Shown piece by piece: positions 37,765 to 51,118 of a stretch of 64,000 nt of DNA; position 1 is the stretch's first letter, and every line of letters begins with the position of its first letter. The stretch comes from Octopus vulgaris. Taxonomy: Eukaryota. The translations under genes were made by a program, and so were the position numbers. The notes beneath the pieces were generated by a model, which did not search any database, had not been told where the DNA came from, and worked only from the letters and a program-made list of their open reading frames with translations. The stretch is taken from NCBI GenBank assembly GCA_951406725.2, contig OX597822.1:13702001-13766000 (forward strand), given 5' to 3'.

Positions 37765-38145
37765 CATATACATGCACACACATACATACACATACATACA
37801 TACATACATACAAACATACATACATACATACATACATATATATGTATATATATATATATATACATATACCGCTTGATAATCTCAATGGAGGCAATGCATG
37901 CGGAAACTAGAGGAACATAATTAATAACCACACTCAAAATCAAATATATATATATATCCTTCTACATTTATAAAACGGATATAAAATTCCAAATATATAA
38001 TTATAAAAATACATACAAATAGATAAATGTCGATGTGATACATAAAACGCAGTTATAATACATTGGTGTAATAAAAATTTGAGATGATGAAACATTATAA
38101 GGACGTACAAAAATACCACGAAAATAATACAATTTTTTAAAATTC

Positions 38146-38228
38146 CATCTACAGGTCGTTTCAGAGACGTGCCAAGTAACATGGATATATTTCATATTTT
38201 TAAACCTGACCCTCCTCTCATCAGGATG
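38146..38228 (-). ncRNA. Type I hammerhead motif (GUA site), one-base defect at the helix II junction
   Basis: Minus strand: CATC-CTGATGA-GAGG...TCTCT-GAAA-CGACCTG-TA-GATG. It sits in a ~470-bp insert between (TA)n tracts. Confidence 0.6.
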
Positions 38229-38336
38229 TTTTCACACAATACAGACAAAACAAATACAAAACTGCAATTATCTGCGGGTATTGTTAACACTAGCAATCTC
38301 AAAATTGTTAGTGTTTATATAAAATAAAAAGCAGTG

Positions 38337-38376
<40 letters not shown>

Positions 38377-38499
38377 GTCTAGACTTCGTAAATATATATA
38401 TATATACTTTCAGTGAGGTTTATTCACTGATCACCAAAATCAGAAATATTAAATTTCTAAATATCTCATAGAGATATATGCGGTGGTGGAGCGATAGAT

Positions 38500-38850
38500 T
38501 GGTTGCGTGGCATCTTGGGCAAGTGTCTTCTGCTATAGCCCCGGGCCGACCAATGCCTTGTGAGTGGATTTGGTAGACGGAAACTGAAAGAAGCCTGTCG
38601 TATATATGTATATATATATGTGTGTGTGTATATATTTGTGTGTCTGTGTTTGTCCCCCTAGCATTGCTTGACAACCGATGCCGGTTTGTTTACGTCCCCG
38701 TAACTTAGCGGTTCGGCAAAAGAGACCGATAGAATAAGTACTGGGCTTACAAAGAATAAGTCCCGGGGTCGATTTGCTCGACTAAAGGCGGTGCTCCAGC
38801 ATGGCCGCAGTCAGATGACTGAAACAAGTAAAAGAGAAAAAAGAGAAAAG
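38500..38850 (+). mobile_element. Young CORE-type SINE (altered 5' end)
   Basis: Near-identical to the 22741 copy from GCGTGGCA onward. Confidence 0.85.
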
Positions 38851-38857
38851 AGAAAGA

Positions 38858-39231
38858 GGATCTTTTCAATATCGTGGCCAGGACCCCAGATCTTTCTAGT
38901 TAACTAAATAATTTGAAACTTCGTGTACTCATAGAATGGAACTAGTTTATTCGCCAGTTGGAACTAGTTTATTTGAGAAAAATCTATTTTATGACTTTAA
39001 TCGTAGATTAAAACTGCGAATTTTAACCAATGAGATTGCTTGTTTTCATATGTAAAACGTTACTGCGATCTGTTCGTGTGACGTTGAAAGCAGTTTTGTG
39101 ACGTAGTCTGCTCTCTCTTTGTAAGTCTGTCTGCCTCCCCCTCTCTTACTATATTACATTTATCTTGCTTAAATAAAACTCATTGAAATAAAACGTCCTC
39201 CTTTTTTTCTGTCTGTCTGTCCTTTTCTCTC

Positions 39232-39290
<59 letters not shown>

Positions 39291-39425
39291 CTGTATATAT
39301 GTATGTTCATATATGTATGTAAATATTTATGAAATAAATAAACACACATATTCGTGCGGATGTATTAAATATCTAAAATGTGTGAGCCTTATATAATTAA
39401 ACTGATGATATATATATATATATAT

Positions 39426-39470
<45 letters not shown>

Positions 39471-39848
39471 CGTGCGTGTAATGTATGTATAATTATATAT
39501 ATGCGTGTGTGTGTGTGTGTGTGTGTGTGTGATGAAAGGCAAAATCGACCTCGGCGGAGATGCCACTTCTTAATAGCAAACGAAAGCGCTTTGTTTACAT
39601 TTAAGATGTTTAATACGTCACGAAATTGGTGGTCGAGACGGAGTAAATAAAATAAAGCCGAATGACGGAATATCATTGGTTAAAATTCTAATTATTAAAC
39701 AACGTTAAACTTAGAAGTTACAATTTCGTTTTCATTCTGGTTTACAATTAAGTTTACTTTTGACACATTCTACCAGTATACGAAGTTTCAAATTGTTTGG
39801 TTCAGTAGGAAAAATTTGAAAAAACTGGCTTCAGAATAGAAAAGATCC
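38858..39848. mobile_element. MITE with long imperfect TIRs beginning GGATCTTTTC
   Basis: Left GGATCTTTTCAATATCGTGGCCAG...AATTTGAAACTTCGTGTACT..TAGAATG matches the reverse complement of right ...CATTCTACCAGTATACGAAGTTTCAAATT...CTGGCTTCAGAATAGAAAAGATCC. Confidence 0.75.
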
Positions 39849-39921
39849 GAGAAGGAGAGTATACTGTCAACTTAACGTGACAGTCCCATATACATATATA
39901 TATATGTATATACAGATAGAT

Positions 39922-40062
<141 letters not shown>

Positions 40063-40954
40063 CACAGGTAGGTAGGTAGGTAAATAGATTGATAGACAGA
40101 TAGATAGATGCACACACATATCCACTCATATTTACATACTTACACTTATAACACCCACTTCTCCCCCTGTCCATCTCTCGTGGGCTGATTGGCGGACTGA
40201 CTGACGGACGGATAGATAGACAGATAGATAGATAGATAGAGGGAATGGGAGGGAGAGAAAGAGAGACAAGAGGTGGTAGTAGAAAGATATAGGGCTGAAA
40301 AAGAAGGGATAAAAAAATTGATGCGAAAGACTTCTTTCGATGTAGGTGTAGAGTAAAAAAAAAAGATAAGATAAAATGATGGGCGGAGGCCGGGGTGGGG
40401 TATTGTGATAACAGTGATAACGGAGAACATAAGATAAGGAGAATGTTTGGTGGAATGGATGGGGGAGGAGGATGAAAGGTTCTGATAATAAATAAGTCAC
40501 AGCAAAGCGAGACCATGAATTCATATTATATTTAGTCGGGCGACATGATACCATAGATGGTGTTTCAAGCAGTTTTAGTATGGGGGCGGAGCAGGGCAGG
40601 GTAGGGCAAAGCAGACCAGGGTAGGGCAGCCTTGGGAAGTGCAGGGCTTGAATGAAGTTGTGATGGTGGAGCTGCTCGAATTGGTATGGAATTTGGTATA
40701 GGAGGAGAGATAATGGACAAAGCTACATCGCTAGATGGCTTTGCCGGTGGCTTTCGGTAATTACGCATACATACACACTCACACACACACATACACACAC
40801 ACACACGCACACGCACACACGTAAGAACACACCACCCTAATGAAGCTTCTAAGCTGAAGTGGAAACAGCACGGACTTTGTCTTCTTACCCTCTTACAGGA
40901 TTTAAGTAAGATTATACAAATATGTCCGACTGTTTAAATTAATTCTATTTATTT

Positions 40955-41030
40955 ATGCAGCTGAAGATAGCTCTGCATTTAAATTGCATTGTTCAACTAA
41001 ATGGTGTCGCTTGAAACGGTCGTACCGCAT
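40955..41030 (+). ncRNA. Type I hammerhead motif (GUA site)
   Basis: ATGCAG-CTGAAGA-TAGC...GCTT-GAAA-CG GT CG-TA-CCGCAT. Helix I pairs at 5/6 positions; the mismatch is consistent with CpG decay. Confidence 0.65.
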
Positions 41031-41254
41031 CACCACTGGATATCTTGTTGCTTATTTTGATATATATATATACATAAATTAGAGACAAGAAACCTTTTAG
41101 CCGGTACCCCTACTAAAATTGCAGATAGTACACACGGTTTGTACTCTATGGCTCTCATGCACGACTGGTGTAAACAGACGAAGCCATAATAAAAAATCTC
41201 ATAAAGAAAACTGCAAAATGAATCAGACCAAACGATAAATTCTGTCATGAATAA

Positions 41255-41470
41255 TATATTGGTTTCAAATTTTAGCACAAGGCCTGCAATTTCGAAGGTG
41301 ATGGTGAGATGAAGTCGATTACATCTACCCCAGTACTCGATTTGGACTTATGAAAAGCAAAGTCAACCTCGGTGAGATTTGAACTCAGAACATGAAGACT
41401 GACGAAATGCCGTTATGCATTTTTCTCCGGCGTGCTAACGATTCTGCCAGGATATTGCAAGACAATAAAC
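41255..41470 (-). mobile_element. Meta-domain-type SINE (diverged)
   Basis: AAAGTCAACCTCGGTGAGATTTGAACTCAGAAC...CGGCGTGCTAACGATTCTGCCAG. Confidence 0.75.
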
Positions 41471-42117
41471 CGAAACAGCTCTTATTAACACACCACAGGC
41501 ATGTAAACCCAAGGGCAAGGCATAATTGTCCAATGAAAATATGAAATCTGATTTGCAAACATCATATTTCTCCATTGTAAGTTCATCCTCCATTTGCAAC
41601 CAGAAGTATTTGTAACACACGAGAGCGTACACCAAATACAAAGCTAGATAGAAAAATATTCTTTTCTACTCTAGGCACAGGGCCCGAAATGTTTGGGCAA
41701 ACTGTGAAGCGAATGCAAAAACTGGTGGTGAAACGAATTTCTAGAAACAGCAACTAAAGCTCCCTCACTTCACAATTTATTTCTCGAAACAAAAAAGGGG
41801 ACATTGCGTTCTAGATAAGGAGTTCTCAACCATTTTAATATCCAGGCTAAATCCAAAACTTCGCATTTTTTATGAGGCTGTTCCAAAAACTGTAAAATAT
41901 AAGTCAATTGAAGAAAAAATTACATTTATTGTGGGTATATATGGCCGCTGGAAGGATGCTTGAGGGCCGCACACGGCCTTGGGGGCCGCAGTTCAGAAGC
42001 ATTGATCTAGATTCGGACAGATTTGAAAAGCGAGAGGGTCGCGCCCTGAACGTCAATGCTTTCCTTGACGAGGGTTGAACTCCGGAGAAACTACAGTAAC
42101 TGGAGAGAGACAGAGAG

Positions 42118-42165
<48 letters not shown>

Positions 42166-42327
42166 TGTGTGTGTGTGTGTGCGTGCTTGCGACTGTCGTT
42201 TAGGGAACGGATGTGATTATGAAACTGAGCATATGTGACTTCGAGAAAGAGTGGGGAATGAGAGAGATAAAGAGAGAGGAGAACGGAAAAGAAAAGTAAA
42301 AGATAGACTGATAAGTAGTTAAATAAC

Positions 42328-42377
<50 letters not shown>

Positions 42378-42379
42378 TA

Positions 42380-42443
<64 letters not shown>

Positions 42444-42873
42444 AGTAAAGGGAGTGAGTGACTTACAAATGGGAGCTGCTTATGCATGAGCTAAAATTAT
42501 GAGTAAAGACAAATACGAATGCCACAAACATAATTGTAGAGACACATGCACGCAAATGCATACACCCACGTGTGTAGGAGGGGGAATGAAGGGAAGAGAG
42601 AGGAAGGAGAAGAGAGGAGGAGGAGGAGAAGAGAGGAGGAGGAGGAGGAGAAGGAGGAGGGGATGAAAGGAAACGTGTTTGGGAGAGAAAGAACGGCTCT
42701 GGAATAGAAAATGATACCAGTTCCCAATCCGCATTCACTTACACAGTCACACACGTATATAAGCAAACTCACACACACACACACATTTGTGTACGTGTGT
42801 CTATATGTACAAGTCTGTAGATGTGTGTGCGCGTATGTGTGTATGTAGGTATGTGTGTATGTTTGTATGCTTA

Positions 42874-42904
<31 letters not shown>

Positions 42905-44020
42905 CACTGGGGATTTCGGATTTGAGAATAAGTATTTCGATTTGATTAATTGTTTTCGGCCTCAGATAGACAGACATGCAGACAGACAGAGAGACAGGCA
43001 GACTGGAAAACTAGATAAAGATTAATGGAAGTATATAGACCACTGACATGATGACAATGATGATAGTTGTTATTGGTGTGAGCTCAGCGTCAGCCCTAAT
43101 CTTGTAAAGCTATGATGGAAACCGCCCCGATTATGGAGTATAGAAGCTACATGGTTTTCTGTTTAGTATTATTGTGTGATACCTTGGGCAAGTGTTTTCT
43201 ACTCTGGCTCCGAGCCAACTAATGATTGTGAATGAATTTAGTAGACGGAAACTGTACGGAAGCCCGTCGCATATTTGTGTGTGTGTCTATATGTTTATCA
43301 TTGAGTCTGTGCTTGTTTCCTACTCCGTTTGACAATGTTTCTGTTTAAGTCCCCAAAACTTAACGGTTCGGCAAAAGAATCCAATAGAACAAACACGAAA
43401 CTTTAAAAGATAAGTACTGGGGTTTCCGATCAGCTCGGTTAAACCATATCAAGCTGGTGCCCCAGCATGACCACAGTTCAGTGCCTGCAACTGGTAAAAG
43501 ACTCAATCTAATAAATATCTGGTCTGACGAAACTATATCTTGGAAAATAAATGTTCGGATTCACCCAACGCCTTCCATTGTTTCTTTTCATTTAATTTCA
43601 CTCGGGAAGCTCGGTTCGACCCCAGGCTATGGAAAACATACGGTGAAGGTATGGCGGAATCTAATCAAACCATGTTTATCGCGAAACTAATTTCTTAAAA
43701 GCACAGCAAGGCGCCCAAACATATTAAGACAATGAAATATATACAAATACCTAGAGGGACATCAACGTGCTTTTATATATACATATTTTGTATATATTCC
43801 TATTTATTGAACTTTCAGTGTTCTTTTTATTTAGCCAGCTGATTATTGGAAAGATTAGCAGGGTTTATCTGCACAAATTCGATGATTGACTCCATGGCTA
43901 CGGGAAGAATTGTATACGAGGCAGAATAATCAACCGATGTCGTAGTGAGTTAAGTAGACGGAGACTTGAATTACCACCCACCAGTTGTGATATGAAACAC
44001 CTGCAAGGCCTTACTGACCT

Positions 44021-44056
<36 letters not shown>

Positions 44057-44374
44057 GAAGTCAACTCGTGACCGAGAAAATGTTTCGAGAATCCAAGAAG
44101 TTCCTGCTCATGAATTTGTTCTGAGTGGATAAAATGTTGCCCCAGCGGTGATCCCATTTTTCAGCGCAATCAGTCATAACATCAGTGACACAATTGAGGT
44201 TGAGACAACCAGATACTATCTGCACTCAAGAATTATTTTCTACTAGAAGGAAGTTCTGACACAAACTAGGGGTCCTTCGCTCCCATTGGTTCATATGCTA
44301 GTTAAACCTTTCTGTAGTTCATTATTTACATTATTTACATTTCACGGATATTTGTCCTCATCTTGTTTGTTGTT

Positions 44375-44420
44375 AACACAACGTTTCGGCTGATAAACCC
44401 TCCAGCCTTCATCAGGTGTC
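44375..44420 (-). ncRNA. Minimal type I hammerhead motif (intact core)
   Basis: Minus strand: GACAC-CTGATGA-A-GGCTG GAGGGTTTAT CAGCC-GAAA-CG-TT-GTGTT. Confidence 0.75.
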
Positions 44421-44439
44421 TTGGGGAAAATTCATAATA

Positions 44440-44475
<36 letters not shown>

Positions 44476-44527
44476 CAACATCGAAAAATACCATAGGAAT
44501 GTGAACCCAGGTTCGAAATTTCCCCAA

Positions 44528-44573
44528 GACACCTGATCAAGGCTGGAGGGTTTATCAGCCGAAACGTTGTGTT
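44528..44573 (+). ncRNA. Minimal hammerhead motif with G8C core mutation (probably inactive)
   Basis: GACAC-CTGATCA-A-GGCTG...CAGCC-GAAA-CG-TT-GTGTT. Confidence 0.6.
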
Positions 44574-44735
44574 AACAACAAACAAGATGAGGACAAATGT
44601 CCGTCAAATGTAAATAAGGTAAATAATTCCCCATCTCTTAAATATAGAACTGTACTTTCTGTAGTTGTGGTAATTGTTGAATATATAAACTGATTGGCTG
44701 ATTGTTTCTCTCGGATATGTCAAATTGCTGTAAAC

Positions 44736-44777
44736 GCCTCTGATGAGAATCCAATAAGATTCGAAAATGTATTAAGC
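44736..44777 (+). ncRNA. Type I hammerhead motif (UUA site)
   Basis: GCCT-CTGATGA-GAATC CAATAA GATTC-GAAA-ATGTAT-TA-AGC. Helix II is perfect and helix I is weak. Same family as 47336 and 47631. Confidence 0.55.
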
Positions 44778-44928
44778 TTGTTCAGCCTATTTTCCCTTTA
44801 TAAACAGATAAATTAGCCCTATATATAGGTATTATACCCGTTATACACACACACGCATGCACTCACACACATACATACATACATACATACATACATACAT
44901 ACATACATACATACATACATACATACAC

Positions 44929-44959
<31 letters not shown>

Positions 44960-46355
44960 CATATATTATGATTTCACCAAGGCAACGTTAAAACTCGAGA
45001 TACCGATGGTTTAGAGCAAAACGTTAGGCGATTATGGAGTGGAATATTACTTAATGAATGGCAGGGGAACAGGAATCACATAATCATTTTAATGGCTCCG
45101 AAGGGGCATTAAGATGTTGCACTAACACTCAGTTTTGAGTGCATTACTTCTTATAGCACAGACAACTGTAAGCTAATGAAGGTGATTAGTGGCTCCCGTT
45201 CACTTCTTAATTAATTTACTAATTAATGTTTACATATATATGCGTATATGTGTGTGTTACCTCACATAGTTGCACATTACATCTACATGTGTGCAAATCC
45301 CTCTCTCTTTCCCTCTCCCCCTCTCATATATATATATGTATAAACTTGCAAGATATATTTCATATCATTAGTGTGTTAATTACGAGAAAATATACGCTAA
45401 TACAGGGTCTCTCCATCAATTATTTAGTATAGATTTGCATTAATGCCCCCATTTCTCTCTCTCTCTCTCCCCCCTCTCATTTTCTATTATTTAAATATCT
45501 AATAAACCTCACGAGCGTTAATATATAAAGGCTAACTAGAATTGTCTCAATTAATTTTCACTTTCCTTGTCGTATTTTTCATTTTCTTTCCGTTTATGCA
45601 ATTTTTTGTTTTAATTTTTGATTTGGAATCATTTAATTTTTTTAAATATTTTTATTTCTTTTCTCATTTTTTCCACTTCAAAGTAAAGTTGCTTGATTTG
45701 TAGTGATTTTATTGTTGTTGTTGCTACTGCTACCGCTATTGTCGTTGTTGTTGTTGCTGCTGTCAAGTAATTGAATTTATAATGTCAAGGGACGAAATAT
45801 AATAAAACATTTTAATAATGTATTATCTCATTTTTTAAAAAAATATTTGTTTATTTTTCTTCGTTCTTGTCTGTGTGGTATTTCACGAGAGAATACGCCT
45901 ATCAACTACCCCGACCCTTATACATTTTATTTACCTTTTTAAAAGCACCTCGTAATTATATCATTTTCTTTCTTTACTTTTTAATTATTGTTATTTTTAA
46001 TTTACTTTTCTAATTACTCTTTCACTGGTTTAAATCAGTCATTAGACAGCCGTCATGATGGGACACCGCCTCCATGAGTCTTAGTCAAATTATATCGACT
46101 GAACCACCTTTCCAGTAAAATATTTTATCGATCGATCTCGGAAGTGAAGGAATCGATCACGGCGTAAAGCGATATAACAGAAAAGAAGCGAAACACTACA
46201 AATGTTTCCGGCCATTTTCCTAACATAACAGAACCACTGACCCACACACACACACACACACACACAGTTCAAATTTACAGAAAACAAAAGATGAAGACAA
46301 GTGAGAGAACAACAAGCAAGTGTATTAGTTTGATGCTTGGGAAGAATGGAAAAGT

Positions 46356-46391
46356 CTTTGACGTTTCGAGCCGACACTCTTCAACAGAAAG
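46356..46391 (-). ncRNA. Minimal hammerhead motif with CUGUUGA core (GUC site)
   Basis: Minus strand: CTTT-CTGTTGA-A-GAGT GTCG GCTC-GAAA-CG-TC-AAAG. Confidence 0.55.
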
Positions 46392-47178
46392 GGATGAGAG
46401 GTGAAAAAGTCGAAAGGAATAAAACGGAGAGAAAAAATGCGTAGGGATTAACGGTTTATATATATATATATATATAAACACATACATGCACACATACATA
46501 AGTACATACATACACACATTCTAAAAGGTCAATTTTAGCTTAAATGATACCAGAACTATAGTTATATCGTATTTTAAAACAACCTCTACTATCGTGTACC
46601 CTAAGGATTTGTGAGCCCTTTCCTAGAATATACTTTAAGAACAACTATCTAATAGCTGAATCCTCAGTTCGCTTCACCCACCCGCATGGCTAAAACCTTG
46701 AACAAAACTGCATAGGAACGTGTAGTTTTGATGAATATATACAGCGACTAACCAACTAAATTCGCATCAAAGGATATTAGGACACTTGTCCAATAGAAAC
46801 ACGTGTCGGATTGGAATCTGATGTGAATTTAATGAGAATAATACTACAATTAACAGATTTTGAAGATGAAATATTTCTCCATTCTTCTTTATGATGCCTT
46901 GATTATATATATAGGCTCGAAACGTTAAAGACTTTCTCACTTCCCGGGCGTTAAACTAATACATTTATTGTTGTTTACACACCCGTCTTCGTCTTTTGTG
47001 TGTGTGTATATATATATAGAAAAAATATATATAAGTCGAAACAATTTGTTGGCCTTTTATGATTTTTATAATTATTTATGTTATATAATATAATGTTATG
47101 TTATATTCATAGTATCTAATGTAATATTGTAATATAAGCAAATTTTGGGTTTGTGAATAATATATCTCTATATTTAAT

Positions 47179-47216
<38 letters not shown>

Positions 47217-47226
47217 TATATATATA

Positions 47227-47269
<43 letters not shown>

Positions 47270-47271
<2 letters not shown>

Positions 47272-47700
47272 ATATGGTATAATTATAAACAGGGCATATG
47301 TTAGCCATTTCTCCGCAAACGGGAAAAAAATGAAGACCTTTAATCGATTTCCGAAACTTATCGGGTTTTCATCAGAGGCGCCCACGTCATTCTGACAGCC
47401 TCCACAGGACAGGCAGCTGAACTGTTTATATAATCAGCAAATGCAGCAGTTACTCCATGAAGGAGTCCCTAACATGCATACCGAAAGTGTTCAACACTCT
47501 ATAAATATCAGCGGCCTGTCAACGGGGACCTTAGTCCACACAGTGTCAGGGGTATGATATGGTAAATATCTGATATATGATATAATTATAAACTGGTCAA
47601 ATTTTAGCCATTTCTCCGCAGATTGAAAAGAAATCGATTTTCGAACCTTATTGAGTTCTCATCAGAGGCGTCCACACTATTTCGACAGTCTCCAGAGAAA
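47270..47700 (-). mobile_element. Tandem ~290-bp unit with a hammerhead motif in each repeat (retrozyme/pLTR-like)
   Basis: TATAATTATAAAC...TTAGCCATTTCTCCGCA...ATCGATTT...CATCAGAGGCG occurs at about 47278-47405 and 47581-47695. The hammerhead motifs at 47336-47379 and 47631-47669 are both partly decayed. Confidence 0.6.
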
Positions 47701-47745
47701 CATATGTGTGTGTGTGTATACATACATACATACATACATACATGC

Positions 47746-47776
<31 letters not shown>

Positions 47777-47844
47777 CATACATACATACATACATACATG
47801 TACATACGTATATCCTATCTCAGTGGACTGAGCCTGTTTTTTTC

Positions 47845-48076
47845 TTATTTCCTTACTAACCACAAGGGGCTAAACACAGAGAGGACAAACATTGACAGAC
47901 AAACAGATTAAGTCGATTATATCGACCCCAGTGCGTAACTGGTACTTATTTAATCGACCCCGAAAGGATGAAAGGTAAAGTCGACCTCGGCGGAATTTGA
48001 ACTCAGAACGTAACGGCAGACGAAATACTGCTAAGCATTTCACCCGGCGTGCTAACGTTTCTGCCAGCTCGTCGCC
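47845..48076 (-). mobile_element. Meta-domain-type SINE, near full length
   Basis: Reverse complement of GGCGACGAGCTGGCAGAAACGTTAGCACGCCGGG...CCTTTCATCCTTTCGGGGTCGATTAAATAAGTACCAG. Confidence 0.85.
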
Positions 48077-48508
48077 TTTCCTGTTCTTTTCTAATGCTGT
48101 TAAGAAAACGTTCATGTAGTTGTTAGTCGTCCAAGGAACCAAACTTCATCGTCATTAACAAAGCCTTTGCATTTGTTTGTTGACATTCCAGTTCACAGTT
48201 ATATGTAAGCGTGGGTCCAAGCTTTGCTCCTTAGAATTTTTCCTGGCCTTTAGTGATAGCTGTTATAGTCCTAGTTTTATAAACAGACTGGATAGGCACA
48301 TCTGGAGGGACTAAGCAACAACTCCCGGCAGCTCTTTAGTTGTGCAGAGACGTTTAGTTGTGAGATAATAACAACACCTCCATAGATAATGGGAAGACAA
48401 AAATATGTATGAAAATGTATGTATATAAAAGTGTGCATCTGTATGTTTGTATATGTTTTGTGGTTGTGTGTGTGTTTCTGCAAATTTACGACCCTTTTTA
48501 AATGTGTA

Positions 48509-48575
<67 letters not shown>

Positions 48576-49197
48576 ATTCTCTGCCTCTCTTTATCTATCT
48601 GTCTCTCTCCCACACACTCTTTCTCTGTTTCTCTCGCTCTCTTCTCTTTTTCTGTCTCTATATATTCACATACGCACACACATATATATATAATATTTTA
48701 TATACTTCGTATGTATGTGTACATGTGAATGTATAACGGACACACACCTACAGATGCACCCGCATATGAGCACACAGATATCGATAAGTAGGTAGACAGT
48801 GAGAGACCGATAAATAAATAACATAGATATTATATGATATTTTTTTTCTTCTTCAAGTGGTTGTCTAGTTGTGGAGTGCCTTTAAGCCATCGTCTCTATA
48901 AAAGCACTTACCGACTCGAGGGTTGATAAAAAAGTAAAAATAAATTAAAAAATACAGATAAGGTCAAGGAAATAAAACAAGAAACATACAATAAATACAC
49001 AGCGAAAAAGGCCAGGACAATCAATTAACCACCTTTTTCAAGTGATGATAACGTTACAGACATGAGATGCAAGAAGACTTTTACCTCCACTGTTTAGTTA
49101 TTAATAAGCGAATATGATAGCAACCACAGTGTCAACAACAAAAGCAAGAAAAGGAGTAGAAACAGCAACAGCATTATATCATTAATTGATTGATGAA

Positions 49198-50260
49198 GGC
49201 GCCGAGCTGGAAGAAACGTTAGCACGCCGGGTGAAATGCTTAGCGGTGTTTCGTCTGCCGCTACGTTCTGAGTTCAAATTCCGCCGAGGTTGACTTTGCG
49301 TTTCACCCTTTCGGGGTCGATTAAATAAGTACCAGTTACGCACTGGGGTTGATATAATCGACTTAATCCATTTGTCTGTCCTTGTTTGTCCTCTCTGTGT
49401 TTAGCCCCTTGTGAGTAGTAAAGAAATAGGAAATAGGTGTTTCGTCAGCCGTTACGTACTGAGTTCAAATTCAACCGAGGTAGACTTTGCCTTTCATCCT
49501 TTCAGGGTCGATAGATTAAGTACCAGTTACGCACTGGGGTCGATGTAAGCGACTTAATCCCTTTGTCTGTCCTTGTGTGTCCCCTCTATGTTTAGCCCCT
49601 TGTGGGCAATAAAGAAATAAGAAACGTTAGCACGCCGGGCGAAAAGCTTTGCGGTGTGTCGTCTCCCGCTACGTTCTGAGTTCAAATTCCGCCGAGGTCG
49701 ACTTTGCGTTTACATCTTTTCTGCGTCAATAAACTAAGTATCAGTGAAACACTGGGGTCAATGTAATCGAATTAATGCCCTCCCTCAAAATTACAGGGCC
49801 TTACGCCTTCAGTAGAAAGGATTATATTATTAACGGATTGATAAAGAGCGACGAGCTGGCAGAAACGTTGGCAAGCCGAGCGAAAAGCTTTGCGGTGTGT
49901 CGTCTCCTGCTACGTTCTGAGTTCAAATTCCACCGAGGTCGACTTTGCCTTTCATCGTTTCGAGGTCGATTAAATAAGTACCAGTTACGCACTAGAGTCG
50001 ATGTAATCGACTTAATCCCCTCCCGAAAACTGCCTTTGTGGCAAAAATTTCAAATCATTATTAATGGATTGATGAATTCACAAAATCGGTAGAGTATCGT
50101 ACAAAATGCCCTGTTGTGATATCAAATCCCCCTTTTACTCTTTGCAATCTTAGTTCAAATTCCGCCAAGGTTAACTTTGCCTTTCATTATTTCGAGGTGT
50201 TAATAAAATTAAGTGCCAGTTAATTTGTAGGGTCGGTCGATGGTAATCGCTAAATCCCTC
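49198..50260 (+). mobile_element. Head-to-tail array of about 5 Meta-domain-type SINE units
   Basis: AGTTCAAATTC...AGGT..ACTTTGC recurs at about 49271, 49462, 49679, 49920 and 50152. Confidence 0.85.
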
Positions 50261-50491
50261 TTTGCCTGTGTGCGGGTGCGAGTTCGTGAATGTGTGGATG
50301 TTCTGATTTTATTTTACAATTTTTTCACCGAGCGAAAGAGCTTGTTTCTCACCTAGAAATTCTTTCATCGTAGCTTATGCAATGCCAACTGAGTTTACGC
50401 CTGCCTGTGTGTCTGTCGGTCTATCTGTTTGTCTGTCTGTCTGTATGTCTGTATGTATGTATGTATGTATATGCGTATATATATATACATT

Positions 50492-50546
<55 letters not shown>

Positions 50547-50592
50547 GTATATGCGTATATATATACATTGCAATATGACCATTCCGAAATAT

Positions 50593-50627
<35 letters not shown>

Positions 50628-51118
50628 TATGTATATATATATATATATATATATATTTACATATATATGCATGATCGTATGTATACACACACATATGGAT
50701 ATATACGTATATATTTGTGTCTGTACGTATGTGTGTGTGTGTGTGTGTGTGTTTGTGTGTGTGTGTATGGGTGGGTGTGTGTTTGTTTGTTTGTATGTCT
50801 GCTCAGCTACATATACATGCATGAACGTATGCATATGTACATGTATATGTATTTGATGCATATATGCATGTACGTATGTGCGCCTATGTTTGCGTGAGTA
50901 GTGTTGTGCGTTCCTGAGCAATTATATTAGTTAAATAGCTGTCAATTTAAAATGACATTATTCTATTTCCGTGACACCGAAATCGCTTCTTTCATGTACC
51001 TCATGGGGTTTGTTAGCTCAATCACTTTTATTAAAGGATCATCTGCAGTCCAAACTGCAGCTGCACCTGATGAATAGTCTTATAATTGGGGCCAAGACCT
51101 TTTGAGACGATTACGCAG

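Larger units (their letters stand above)
44320..44654. mobile_element. Inverted (back-to-back) PLE-like element with two hammerheads and a 12-bp TSD
   Basis: TSD CTTTCTGTAGTT at 44308-44319 and 44655-44666. About 44325-44434 is the reverse complement of about 44514-44625, with an (AAT)n spacer. Confidence 0.85.

Noticed and set aside
46193-46215. Minus-strand GAAACATTTGTA half-hammerhead
   Set aside because: No CUGANGA box was found upstream; the sequence is interrupted by (CA)n and another insert.
49198-50260. Regularly spaced repeats as a CRISPR-like array
   Set aside because: The units are ~200-bp SINE copies without unique spacers, and the context is eukaryotic.
51063-51118. CTGATGA...GAGAC hammerhead-like motif
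   Set aside because: The GAAA box is mutated and helices I/III are unconvincing.
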